Origin: Owenia fusiformis
Lineage: Eukaryota
Direction of reading: 5' to 3'
Length of the DNA stretch: 64,000 nucleotides
Assembly (NCBI GenBank): GCA_903813345.2
Contig: CAIIXF020000001.1
Span: 39,742,001 to 39,806,000 of the forward strand
Shown: positions 50,906 through 63,337 of the stretch, piece by piece
Position numbering within the stretch: the first letter of the stretch is position 1
Layout: every line of letters begins with the position of its first letter
Position numbers and translations under genes: made by a program
Notes under the pieces: model-generated
The model's database searches: none
Seen by the model: the letters and a program-made list of their open reading frames with translations, nothing else
Told to the model about the DNA's origin: nothing

Positions 50906-51894
50906 ACCAATGAAATATATGTGTCCTCAGAAGTATAATCCTTGGAATAGTTAATTATGTAGAATGTACATTTAACTCCGAAAAGTACAAAGTCTATTTA
51001 CATATAAAAATTTGATCATGCCGCTGACAGATGGATTAGACTGCCTGAAGTTGAAGAAGAAATATTTGTGATGTTGCCATAGAATGATATGTTATGTGAT
51101 TGTCATTAATACGTTATTTGCACTTTCGTGTACGTTCATATAAAGAAGCTCACTATATTCATGGAATAATGATGAAGCTTTCCTCGTGATCGAAGCGGGT
51201 AGTCGTGAAATTTGCTCGTGTTTTCAGCGGGGTCTCCTCATGTTTTCAGCGGGGCCTCCTCATTTTTTCAGCGGGGCCACTGGAACACCTTTAATAATGT
51301 ATTTCGACCCCCATGGCAGGTGTCATTGTCCAGTAACTTATCAATACAGACCATCTTGATCCGATATTTATTATGGAGTATGTAAATCGTATTTATTGCC
51401 TTTATTTTAACGATAAAAGTAATATATGAACAGTAAATTATGCAAACGTGCATGTTGACGCCCCTTTCCTTCATGCAAGTAAAAAATAATCATTTTTCAT
51501 GTCATTTTTTGTCAAATATGTCTGTTTTCAAAGTTTTGCTGGAGTATCAAAGAACGGTAATAAGTATTCTCATCCTTTTGGTTCATTTTCCAAAGTGATA
51601 CAAATAAACAGGACTATGCTCGCGATTTCAGCGGGAACTTGCTCGCGACCTTTCAATCATAGCGGGGCTTTAGATACTACCCGTGGTATTTGACGATGTC
51701 GGAGTATATTTAACTTTAAAAATGTGTTGGATCCCATCAAAATTTTGAAGGAAAAATAATTTCATTGGAATGCGAATAAAAAATACGTCAAAATGATATG
51801 TAAAACACATAGTTGGATTTTTAAATAAGGCAGAGATTAACGTTCAAAGCTGAGATAAGCCCGCATTTCCCGAATTGTCCTCAGGTCCGTGCAC

Positions 51895-52458
51895 GTCATA
51901 ATTGCGATTGGTTTACATCAGAGCGTGCTAATCTTTGTATTTCACGAGAAATATCTGATTTAAATAACAGGAAATGATACTGTGATTTATAATTTAAGGA
52001 TAACAAACAGGCATCTGTAAATATAAGAAATCAATTTGAAGCATGCACATTTCATGAACTAGTAAAAATCCAATATGGCAGACGAAAGTCGAAAAACGTT
52101 ACACTGCACGTCCAGCTGATGAAATTGAAGAGAAAAGACAGAAAACCAAACATACTGTATAATACAATAAAAGCAAACATCAAGTCAAAAAGATTTTGAA
52201 AGAATACCGATCAAAAATATATATGAGGTGAGACGATGGATCTGTTTATTCGGTTAAGCCAAGGAAATGGACTTAATTTTGGGGGAGTTTTATCTGAGTA
52301 ATCATGGAATAAAAACGTTATTCAATGATTTCGCGTGAAATACAGAAAATATTCTTCCCTTGAAAGTCTGTATTTCACTTTGCTAGCGCATCGTGAAATA
52401 CAGACCTTCTCGGGAAGAATATATTTTCCGTATTTCACTCGAATCATTGAATAACTTA
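51895..52458 (+). mobile_element. Crypton-like element with decayed ORF start and terminal hairpin
   Basis: Hairpin at 52317-52456. Frameshifted PADEIEEKRQK/YNTIKANIKS/KKILKEY at 52112-52207 resembles, by recollection, the N-terminus of Crypton/DUF3504 proteins. Confidence 0.55.
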
Positions 52459-52708
52459 TAATCTTGATTTACGTCATTAAATATTCAAAATTCAGGCAAA
52501 GTGATGTCATATTCGAAATTTACAAGTAAAAGTACATTGAAAAATATGGCTCCGAAAATTGTTTATATTTATCAACTTTGAAAATGTTTTTTTGGAATAT
52601 GTGCCTTATTGTTCGGGGAGTTTTTCCCTAGACCCCATGTTATAAAATCACAAAAAGTTGAATATCTTTTCTTGTCATTCCACTTTTTGCCCGATTGGTA
52701 TATTTTAC

Positions 52709-53093
52709 CTGTGTTTGAAACGTCACCATGGTATAATCCGACACCATCACTACTTGTCGACCCTCCATTTTGTACAGCATTTGAAGATACAAGGAACTGA
52801 ATGTTCGGTGTCGGGTTGGTCATGGTTGGGGAGCCAATCACAAAATAGCCTAGACCACTTATGCAATGACCATCCAGCGCTATGGTTCTGTAAGAGGCTG
52901 TTGGATTTAATGCTCCATTATACAACACTAATGTGTAGCCGTCCATGACAACGTCTGATGGGGATGTGTTGTAAAGTTCTATGTATTCCAGAGTGTCGGT
53001 TGACGGTTGGTCTGCGTTCAGTTCATTTATCACAAGTGTTCCTCTTGTAACAGTTTGTAAAATACAGAGGCAAAAAACTACATTCCGTTTCAT
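52709..53093 (-). CDS. Secreted LTD-like/mucin/PAN protein, first exon (signal peptide + lamin-tail-like domain)
   Basis: Reads MKRNVVFCLCILQTVTRG then LVINELNADQPSTDTLEYIELYN..DGYTLVLYNG..SYRTIALDG..GYFVIG..NAVQNG..DGVGLYHG. GTAAAA donor, phase 1. Confidence 0.85.
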
Positions 53094-54061
53094 GATTTTC
53101 CGAAGATATTACGCAGCTGTGAAACTGTTGCAGCAAAGTAAAAGCCGATTTTCAGAGAGACGCCCTTCAATCAATAGCACTGATAAAAAATCGTTTCCTT
53201 CTAAGAGACAAATATATTTTATTGTGCTGGTCCATTTGATTTCATGATTATCCAATTTATGTCTAACTTGCACTTTACTTCGATTCGTGTTTGTCAATGG
53301 CCTTATAAGAAATCAATATATCATTCTGAGTGAAATTCTGCATTGACGGAGATTTGAAATATATATAAGAGATAAAGAACGTGATTCTTTGATTAACAAC
53401 GCAATACATGACCTTTAGATTTTATTCTGCTAGATGCGATTTCACATTCCATGTAGACGATCAGGGAGTTTACTCGCTAGATAATGTTGAAAGTCTACCT
53501 TAAATAAGTTGCCGCTATTCTTCTCCAAATGTGATGGTTTTGATAGATGATGGTGTTAACATTCATACAACATACTATTACAAAATAAGTTAAATAGACA
53601 CAATAATTAATGAAACAAAAATATTCCTAAACTTTTTATTTCGAAAATATTGGATTAAATTGAAGAATACTCATCAAATATGAGGAAATCGATCACAATG
53701 TATGATCGGGTGATGATATATTAGAGGAATTCGAAACATTTTAACTTGTGAAAATGAAGGAAATATCATTGATATGTTGGTAAATGGTGATTAGAATATT
53801 TTGAAAATTGTTAGACAAATCTCTGTCATAAACTTTGACTTCAAGTCAATGTATAGGATTAAATGACCCCTTCATAACTCTGAAATGCTTTTTTATGTCT
53901 TTTTAAGTAACTACCGATTGCATCAATATGATACATGTACATGCATATGTATCATACTTCTGGTATGATCAGGTTCTATATGCATGTCTGAAAAAGGGAA
54001 TCAGTCCCCGAACAAGTCAGTCTCCACGGAATGCACGTCCAAAACAAATCAGCGCTCTAAG

Positions 54062-54250
54062 GGTTAACAATGAACAATGGTCGATTTTGGTCTTTTAACA
54101 ATGACCAATGATCGATTTCGGTCTTTTAACAATGACCAATAACCGATTTTGGTTTTTTAACAATGATCGATTTGTCTTTTAACAATGACCAGTGATCGAT
54201 TTCGATCTTTTAACAATGTCCAATGGTCGACTTCTATCTTTTAAAAATGG
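54062..54250. repeat. ~29-bp minisatellite, 6-7 degenerate units
   Basis: TTTTAACAATGACCAATGATCGATTTCGGTC-like units arranged head to tail. Confidence 0.85.
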
Positions 54251-55514
54251 TGTCATTATATTATTATTGTTCATTTAATAAAATATAAGATATCGTATAG
54301 GCTATACACCATATACGTTATAAGTTTAGAGATTACCGCGGCCGTTGATCAATTAATTTGTTTAATCTGATATATTTCAAATCTTCGTCGAATGCATGCA
54401 GATTTTCACTGTCAATGGGATTTCAGAAAAGTTGTATCAAAAACACAGAATTTGTTAACAAATAAGAAGCTGTTTCGAAACTGTTTAATGTTAATCTGAA
54501 TTTTCGATCTGTTGATGTGCTTTTAATAAAATTATATTGAATCGATCATGATGCAAACAATAAAGATTTTTGTTGATATTGTAACTTTATGAAATGCACT
54601 ATAGCAACAAATCAAAGTGTTATTTCCTTCTAGTAGACTTTTGTCGCGTACGGCATAGACTGCGATCCCATAACCAATAAAAAAATATGGAGAAGAAAAG
54701 AGCTTTAAATGATTATTATTTGATGCTAGTAGCTCACTTTTGAAGGAAGTTGCATCATAAATGTTTGTACAATTCAAAATAACCCTTATCTTTGCCACAA
54801 TCGCACCCCCTGGCTGAATTCTTTTGGCGATCGTACCCCCCCCCCCATGACTGGAATCTGGCCACGCCCCTGTACGGTGTTTCAAATTTTTGAAAAATCT
54901 AAATAAAGCCATATTGTAGATTTTATCCAACTTCTATTGATTTACTTCGCTTGTTCCAAGGTGTACATGTAGCTAGGGCACTGCAAATGATGATATCTCA
55001 TTGAATGCAGCCAATGAATGCAGCTTATCTGATCAATCGAGTGAAGAGCATATCCTTTTCAACTGTTCCATCACACCAACAGGTCGTGCTTTTGCATAGA
55101 GCACAATGACATACCTTTCAATTCTGTCACATACCGTCACTATTGAAAAACATCAGCATACATTTTCAATGTGAATAAAATGTTTTCTTACTAAGGCTAT
55201 TTCATTTGTGAATTACCAGTAGAAACAAATCATTTAGCTGAAGAAAAAGATAAATTTGATTTAATCGCCTAATGATTGAATGTGAATGTGTATAGTATAG
55301 TGTCCTATAGTTTGTTATATGATTTGGGAGAGGGGGATGCTAAACATTCTTTCTTTGTGCTTTAGGTCACCGTTTAGGGATATTTTGGGTCTGTTTTTTA
55401 TGAGTTGCACTCCCTCGTGTTTCCTTTCTAGCTTTGTTTTGTGATCATTTTGGCGCATATTTACACTGAATGTACATGTAAGAAGGGAGACCTCTTTTTG
55501 TTCAGTCTTCGTAA

Positions 55515-56005
55515 CACCCCAGTCACATTTCCTACGGCGACCTTGCGGTCTATCATTTCTGCGGCCAGTAGTTTTTCTACGCTCGCCGCAGAATTTCTGC
55601 GCTCTCATACTTTTGCAGTCACATTTCCCACGGCAGCCGCGCGGTGAACTTTAAATTTATATTGATAAATAATAGTTTTTTTCATTTTATTTACATCAGG
55701 ACAATTTATAAATGTTATTCAAAGTGCTAGGATGTAATATCAAATGAAAAGTGATCGTGAAACATTGACAAATAATGATTCAATCTTGTTGAGCCAGTTG
55801 ATTTCTACGGGGACCTCAGAAATGAACAAATATTATAACTCCGAGTTATAATTTCTACGCCTTCCCTGCGGCCTGTAAAAATCTGCATACGCCGTACGGA
55901 GGCCGCAAGGCGAGCGTAGTTTTTCTACGCTCGCCGCAGAAATTCACCGATTTAATTGTTCTGCGGTCGACTTGCGGCCGCCGTGCGACAAATGTGACTG
56001 GGGTG
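55515..56005. mobile_element. PIF/Harbinger-like MITE copy 2, with an extra truncated left end at ~56038-56081
   Basis: Ends read TAA|CACCCCAGTCACATTT and AAATGTGACTGGGGTG|TTA. Confidence 0.9.
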
Positions 56006-56698
56006 TTAGTAAGCAAAATATTAATCCATTCCTTTTACACCCTAGTCACATTTCCTACGGCGACCTTGCGGTCTATCATTTCCAGAAGCACTCCATGCCA
56101 AATACACATTGCACCCGTGCCATACGTGCTAAGATGTGTAGCACGTGCTAAGATGTGTAGCACGTGTTTGAATTTCTATTGAACCCGGGTTTGAGCCCGG
56201 GTTTGAGGTTCGAAATCCAAACAATAGACGCTCCTAACCCGTGCTGTAAATCCAACCAATCAGAGCGCTCCTAGGCCGTGCTATTTTTGGGAGCAATCAT
56301 TATGGCATACTGACTGGCAGAAATTCAATATTGTTGTACCCTCACGTGGTAAACTCAGTGGAGGTTTTGTACTCAGTTTGTAGTCAAGATAGCAGATTTG
56401 AAGGTAAGAAGTTGCTCAAAGTAAACTAGACTAAACGAGGATCAAACATGATAATGTTTTGACAGATAAATTCCACATAAACTCGTGAATTTCCCGTAAT
56501 AGTGAGCAGATCTCTCTATTATCGCCCATTTCAGTGTTTTATTGCGTAAAATCAAAAGATCATTTTGCAGTAATAATTGAAAAATATATTCCTATTGTAC
56601 ATAAATGACATTTGTTTAACCCGCAAAAAGATAACATCGCTTACAAATTCTTAAATTAAAAGAGGACACAGGCTTACTGCACAAAAAACTAAGAAGAC

Positions 56699-57095
56699 TA
56701 GAGTCCATTTCACTGCTTCATTTCGTCAGTAGAACGGCAAAAATAAGAAATTGAGAGACCATTGTGCAATAATATATGGAAAAGTATATTCATAATGTAC
56801 ATGAATGACATTTGTATATCTTGGATTGCTTCTAGTTTGGCTTATAAAGTGTGTGGCCTCTTATATTGGGATGCCATTCTCTGCCATGTTATTTTCAATA
56901 AGATTAACATGGCTGAAATTCTTCATATTACAAGACGGCACAGGCTTATTGCACATAAAACTAAAAAATCTGAAATATACAAATGTCATTCATGTACATT
57001 ATGAATATACTTTTCCATATATTATTGCACAATGGTCTCCCAATTCCTTATTTTTGCCATTCTACTGACGCAATGAAACAGTGAAATGGACTCTA
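56699..57095. mobile_element. MITE with ~120-bp TIRs; a related arm recurs at ~57489-57645
   Basis: TAGAGTCCATTTCACTG..GAATGACATTTGTATAT occurs with its inverse ATATACAAATGTCATTC..CAGTGAAATGGACTCTA. Confidence 0.8.
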
Positions 57096-57699
57096 AATGA
57101 ATCTAAAAGTTCACGTTTCAATGTACGTGAGTACCATGTTCATGTATAGAAGTCTAGATTCACATATTTAAGGTAGTTAATCATTCTATGAAATTTACAA
57201 TGCTTCTAAATGCTATTTAATATAACCATTGTCACGGTCATATCGTGCTTTAACATTACCACGGTCGTGACAAGCCTTGCAATATAGTATAGCATTGTCA
57301 CGATTATACCAGGCTTTCGCGATAACACTACCACGGCCATGGCAAGATCCTTGCGAAACTTAAAAACACTTAATAACCTGGTGACGGTTGTGCCAGGCAT
57401 AAGTCTTGCAATAGATAGCATGTATGCTTCTCTGCCATAGTATTTTCAAAAAGATACTTTGTAACATGACTGAAATTCATTATAAGAGGGCACAGGCTTA
57501 TTGCACAAAACAGAACTAAATAATCTAAAATATACAAATGTCATTCATGTACAATATGAATATACTTTTCCAAATATTATTGCACAATGGTCTCCTGATT
57601 TCATATTTTTGGGGTTCTACTGACGAAATAAAACTGAAATGGGCTGTAGTTAACTTACATCTTAACTTATGTTTAAGCTTATCTCCAAAATGTGGAGTT

Positions 57700-57890
57700 G
57701 ATCAGCCAGCCACTCAGCAAGCCCGCCATCCAGCCACCCAGCCACCCAGCAAGCCAGCCAGCAAGCCCGCCATCCAGCCACCCAGCAAGCCACTTACTCA
57801 GTCACTTAGTAAGTCACTCACTTCCTTAAAGTCATTCTCTCACTCTCATTCAGAAGTTCACTTACTCATTCACTCTCTCAATCAGTCTCT
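57700..57890. repeat. (CAGC)n then (ACTC)n degenerate microsatellite
   Basis: Direct inspection. Confidence 0.8.
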
Positions 57891-58406
57891 CTATGTGAGG
57901 GTTCATATGTTTGAATATTGACTAAAATAATCTTATTTCATTTGGAATTATTCACAATTGCTGTTTTCTACTTTTTGAGTTTAAAAGGGGAATGTAGTAT
58001 ATATCATTTAGTGTTTTAGAGATCTCTTAATTTCAACAAATGAATTTATTAATAGAGAAACATGTGAATCCATTGAGGATTGCATCAAAATACCAAACAT
58101 ACATACTCAAAAATAGCAAGAGCTGCTCAAATGTTTTAGATCTAAATCATGAACCCCATTTTGTACTTTCAGAAGATGAATTTATGTCTGAGATAAGAAG
58201 TTAAAGAAGAGGAAATGTACTATTATGTGAGTATTAAAAATATATCCATTCTGAATTTTCCTACATTTCCAAGAGCTAAATCCCCATTTACACAATGTTG
58301 AAAAACCTTTAAAGATTAAAAATTCATTTACTCTTATAAGTGTCACAATTTTAATAATAAATTACAATCCATATGTCAATAGGTTCATATGATTAGATTC
58401 AACTGG

Positions 58407-58605
58407 CAGTGATCTCCCCAGCATAAAGCAAGATGGGCGCAGCAACCACCTGAGATTTTGAAAATATGCTTGCACCCACCTGAAAATCAGTCTGCACCCA
58501 CCTAAAAATGAAAAAAATCATTGGCATATTTCCACAAATTTTTGTCTAATTTGTAAAAATGAGAGTTTTTGCACCCACCTGAGAAAAAATGCTGAGGAGA
58601 TCACT
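58407..58605. mobile_element. Small hAT-like MITE inserted in a dispersed repeat (58150-58710, similar to 6480-6970)
   Basis: TIRs CAGTGATCTCCCCAGCAT and ATGCTGAGGAGATCACT. The copy at ~6855-6890 shows the empty site. Confidence 0.7.
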
Positions 58606-59736
58606 TAATGGTGTTTTAAGTTGATCCAAATGGAAATCAAGAAATTAAGTGACTCTTGTAATACATTTACATGTATTCTGGACCTACCAACACCCATGCT
58701 GCCATCTATATTTCAATTTATATTGAAAACACAGCTACAAGCCCTTATGAGCCCCCCCCCCTTACTCCACATACATACCTCCCCACAATGTTTTGTTAAA
58801 GCACAGGGTACTTTTTACTGAGATTAATTATTCATTGGAGATGCAAATATACTCTAAGGCATTCAGTGATCTCCCCAGCATTATTTTTCAAGCGGGGGGG
58901 GGGGAGGGTTATCAAGTGTTACTGAGTTTATTTATCAACTCACAAATTTGTGTAAAGGATGAGTCTAGATATATGCCCTTTTGGTCCCTCAGTTGAATGT
59001 ATGTGATAAGTATATTTACTATTTCATGAGTATTAATGCAAAATAAACCCCCTGCTGAGAGTCAAAATAAGTAACAGAAAACAATCAATAATTATCATAG
59101 AAAAAACACCAATGGCAACCTGTATGGCATATAAAATAGAAATAACTTAAAGACCATGAAGAATTAAAAAGAAAATCTTTTTTTTTAAATATATGTAAGG
59201 ATTTAATTCTTTTTCAAATTTTTTGAATTTTCCGCCATTTTAATTTGAAGGGGGAAAAACAAGATAGCTGCCATTTGATGTAAGAAATATCAGAACAAAA
59301 GCAGCTTCACTTTCACAATGAGCAATGGCATTTTCACAATGAGCACAGTTTTCTGGTTTAGGTTTATGTTTAGACATATAACTCCCCTATCCATTCAATC
59401 CTCCTCTGTTCAATTTTGATTGTATTTTATATGAGTTTTACTTTAATAAACAAGCAATGACATTATTTTTGTGAGAATATAAGTTTTGTCAAAATAATCC
59501 CAAAATTGAGCTTTGTACAATTTAGAAGCATCAATAATGCCAACAAGTAATTTGAACATTCATGTCATTAAATTCTGTTCAATTTCCCTCTGATTTGTTG
59601 CCATGATGACATGTTATGACATCATCCTGAAACACTTAACCAGTCTTTACCAAAGCTTTTAAACACTTGTTGTTCAATCAGGATCAATTATTTTTCATTA
59701 GAGGTCCAAACAAGATGTATAATGTATTATTTCCAG

Positions 59737-62700
59737 ACTGCATCAAGAGAGATGATAGTGTATGGATCAGAGCTTGACTCTATAAGTGAGAATGGGTAGA
59801 GCTACTATCAGCAAGCACATCTAACACCAGAGGAGCCAACCTTGCCTCAAAGATAATTGCCAGGTATTTTACAAAGATCTGTTATCACTGGTGATCCACT
59901 CGGAACGTCAAAGGTACAATTTTTCTTTTTTCCTTATTTCTATATTGTAGGCAGAATTCCCACAACATTTTATCACAATGTATATCACAATCATGTGTTT
60001 AAGAAAGAAGACAACAGAATCGGCGATTTAATTCCTCACTTAAATTACAGAAACAATATTTCAAAAAACAGTTAAGATCTGCACTTTTAACCCATATCGT
60101 TTCTGTAACTTAAGTGAGGAATTAAATCGACGATTCTATTGTCTTCTGATCTATTTTTTCGCAAACATGTACCTTTTATAAAACATATGATACTGATACA
60201 CGTTTGTGTGAAAAAATGTCGTGGTGATTCTCCCTACAAGGTGTGAAATAAGGAAAAAAGAAAAATCATACCTTCGACGTTCCAACATTTTGTTACCCAA
60301 ATGAACTGTTTCTGTAACCAGCGTAATCGAGCGGATCACCCGTGTGTTATGCATATGACAAAAAAAGTGAATTAGTAATATTTTGGATATAAAGAGTGTA
60401 AAATTGCAATAGTGTACAGGTGGGCAGGCCCAACATTATTCTTGTTTTATTTTCTCACTTTTTTTGATGAATATGGAGTGCATTTAAAGACAACTAGCAT
60501 CAAACCTTCACAAAACTACATGCAACTGGGTCTTAGTCATCATAAAAACATGTCATTCCTCAAACACAATGAGTAACACTTAATTGTTCCATCTGTAGGT
60601 ACCATTCACTACCAGTTAGTAGCTGTAAGAAACAGTGTAGGAAACAGGAAAAGGCTGTGAGTGAACATGAGGGCTATGGAAGACTAAACAAGGCTTTGCA
60701 ACAGAGGCTAGATGACCTAGAGGCCAAACTTAATAGCAATACATTCACACAGGGGGACTGATCAGCTGTGCATGCTAAATTACAGAATGTCCAGGTATGT
60801 CCAATGAAAGTCTGAATCTTTATCTCAATGAATGATTTTAATATTTAATTTCCAAACATTTTGTTATGTATTCATTTCAGAACTTACTGTCCTACAACGA
60901 AGAAGAAAATCATAAGCTTAGAGCTAAATCACCCAAAGTGACATTAAATCACAAAGTCTTGGGTATTTTCAATTAAATTTTTATTTTATACACATCTCAC
61001 TGACATTATCCACAAATTTGTTCAAGTCACTGCCATATGCAATGCATACAGTTATCTGCTCAGCATTAAAGCAAGAAGGCACAGCACCCACCTGAGAATT
61101 CTAAAACCGGCTTAATTTCATCTTCCTAAAAATTCATTTGCATCCACTTAAAAATGAGAAAAATAATGAAAAATTGGGCATAGTTTTACCAGTTTTGGTC
61201 TGAATTGTGAAAATGAGAATTTTGCACCAACTTGATAAAAAATGCCTTATCTGGTGCCTGATAATTGAAATCCTGAAAATACGGCAAATTGCCATGTTTC
61301 TAGTTTTATAGTCACTTCAATTGATTCAATGTAGCAATTTGTGACATTGATTTATAGGAATCAGATATATGATAATTATGTAAGTTTGGTCGATCTTTCC
61401 ATTGATATATCATACTTGATACCATCTATTTTGATTTTGGCTGTAGAGGGGGGGGGGGCAGGGCTTATTTGATAGTTAAGAATAGCATTTTAGAGTCATA
61501 TTACCATTTGAATTATGGAAGCTACTTTAGCTTTATCAATATGCAAATCTAAAATTTTATGAATCATGTTTTCACAGAACACAAGTAATTTTTTGAATGG
61601 AACCCCTGAAGGACTTACAATTTCGCATATATCTTTAGACTTTGAAGCTGACACTAATGAGTGAGAAAAGTTTGGTAGACAGAAGGAGGGAGACATTCTC
61701 AGAGTTGCAGACACAGAGTGGTGACCCTCATTTTACCCTAGAGAAGAATCTTGTTGTTGAGAGATACCACATGCTTCTCGACAAAGTGGAGGTATGATTT
61801 AGAGATACTTTATATGATGCACTGTTACATTGGGTAATTTTAATACTACTGGTACAAAAATAAACTTCCAACATTGAGGATGAGTTGGCTATAGGATCAA
61901 TTACTCAGATGTGAGTATGTAGTTACCAGTTTCGCCACCAGGCGGCTGAGTCGGTGGAAATAACATGGCAGGGTATTACAAATTTCCCTTAAACTTGAAT
62001 ATTCATCAGTTTTAGTGGTTCACTTTTCATATTACCCTTATGTATCTGATAGTTATTCAAATTAAAATATGTCCAGTAAAGGAAAATGTTATCTGCCCAA
62101 CACAAGAAAAGATATTTCACTTTTTGTGATTTTACAACATGGGGTCTATGGGGAATCTCCCCGACCTAGAAGTCACATTTTCAAAGAAAATTAAATTTTC
62201 AAAGTTGATAAACTCTTATCAAAGCCACATTTCTAGATGTAATTTTACATGTAGATTCGAAATATGACATCAGTTTGACTGAAGTTTGAATTTTTAATGA
62301 CGTAAATCAAGATTATTTCTTCTCACACCTAGTCTATTGTCTAATGGATGAGTTGTCTTGGGGATCAATTGACTTTTGGATGAGTTGGTTCTTAGCAACC
62401 AGTTGTCTTGGAAATCAGTTGTCATGGGGACTAATTGACCCTGCAATCTACATGTATCGTGTACAAAAGTATATGTAAATCAGGGTGTTTGTTCTTGCAA
62501 ATGGATATCCATTTGATCTCATTTCTTTGATCTGATCTCTCTTTTAGGATTTATTAAGGGAATGTGACAATGTATTGTCAAACCACATAAACAAGGAGGC
62601 ACTGGAAAAATGCAACAGAATGAATAGATGGAGAAACCATTGAATAACCTGGAGGGGGATAGGCACACCACACAAGCTCAATTACTCAAGGTAAATTTTG

Positions 62701-63337
62701 GGATATTTTACAGAATGAAGCCGAACTTATACACAGGGTGTTCCATCAAAATTGTATTCCCACATACTTGAACCCTCAACCCTTATAAACAGATGTCTCA
62801 AAAGAAATTGTAGAGATTATCCAAAGGTACATTTCTCTCTCATTTGTATGGATACTTCAAGAGATGAAAGCACAATGCAAACTCAACTAGCACGAGTGAA
62901 GGTCTTCTTATTTACTATTAAAAACCCTCTCGTAGTAATACAGTGCAAATGTATTTCTCTAACATATTTTACATTCAAAATATTACAAGTTACGGAGAAT
63001 GAAAAATGCAACTCATCTAAAATTATCAGGCGTAATTGCTCAGATTATTAAAGCTAAAAGCATTACTTCAAGCAAACAAAGTGACTGTATGTAAATGAAA
63101 GTATAATTTCTCCAAAAAGGATATTCCTGTACAAATAGAGGATGGCCAGAGCCTGCTTCATCCCATGCAGACACGGGAGAGAAAACTCTGACAAATTTCT
63201 TGGTATTGGGTCCAGACACCATCCGGCAAAACCTTCACTACGATTATGAAACTTTGACAAAACGACTCGCAGATACCAAGGGCACATTAGAGAGCTGTCT
63301 CCTGGAGTTGCCACAGTATGGTAACCGCACAGATCAG
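59737..63337 (+). pseudogene. Unprocessed nesprin-1/Msp300-like spectrin-repeat pseudogene fragment (exons ~59737-59863, 60599-60794, 60881-60961, 61578-61791, 62548-62690, 63120-63337)
   Basis: AG/GT-bounded blocks translate to RYHSL..EKAVSEHEGY..LDDLEAKL..GD*SAVHAKLQNVQ, LEGDRHTTQAQL and IEDGQSLLH/GEKTL..GPDTIRQNL..LESCL. In-frame stops and frameshifts in most exons. Confidence 0.7.
59900..60283. mobile_element. Foldback/MITE (near-complete palindrome)
   Basis: GGAACGTCAAAGGTA.. pairs with ..TACCTTCGACGTTCC. Inner arms 60007-60059 / 60094-60147. Confidence 0.75.

Larger units (their letters stand above)
46904..51685. mobile_element. 4.8-kb non-autonomous TIR element with 6-bp TSD carrying simple-repeat cargo
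   Basis: Ends read GTATTT|CACGGGTAGTATCTAAAGCCCCGCTATGAT and ATCATAGCGGGGCTTTAGATACTACCCGTG|GTATTT. TIRs about 67 bp. Confidence 0.85.

Noticed and set aside
47551..50910. Long ORFs (up to 646 aa) rich in F/L/P/S or K/E/G/R
   Set aside because: By-product of a stop-poor simple repeat; open in many frames on both strands with no domain signal.
52572..53093. Bacterial contamination suggested by the bacterial-looking LTD domain
   Set aside because: The domain is split by a GT-AG intron with compatible phases and is embedded among animal repeats.
54062..54250. ~29-bp repeats as a CRISPR array
   Set aside because: Units are head to tail without unique spacers, there are no cas genes, and the context is eukaryotic.
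60757..60762. In-frame TGA in the nesprin-like exon as selenocysteine or readthrough
   Set aside because: Neighbouring exons carry other stops and frameshifts; a CGA-to-TGA decay is simpler.
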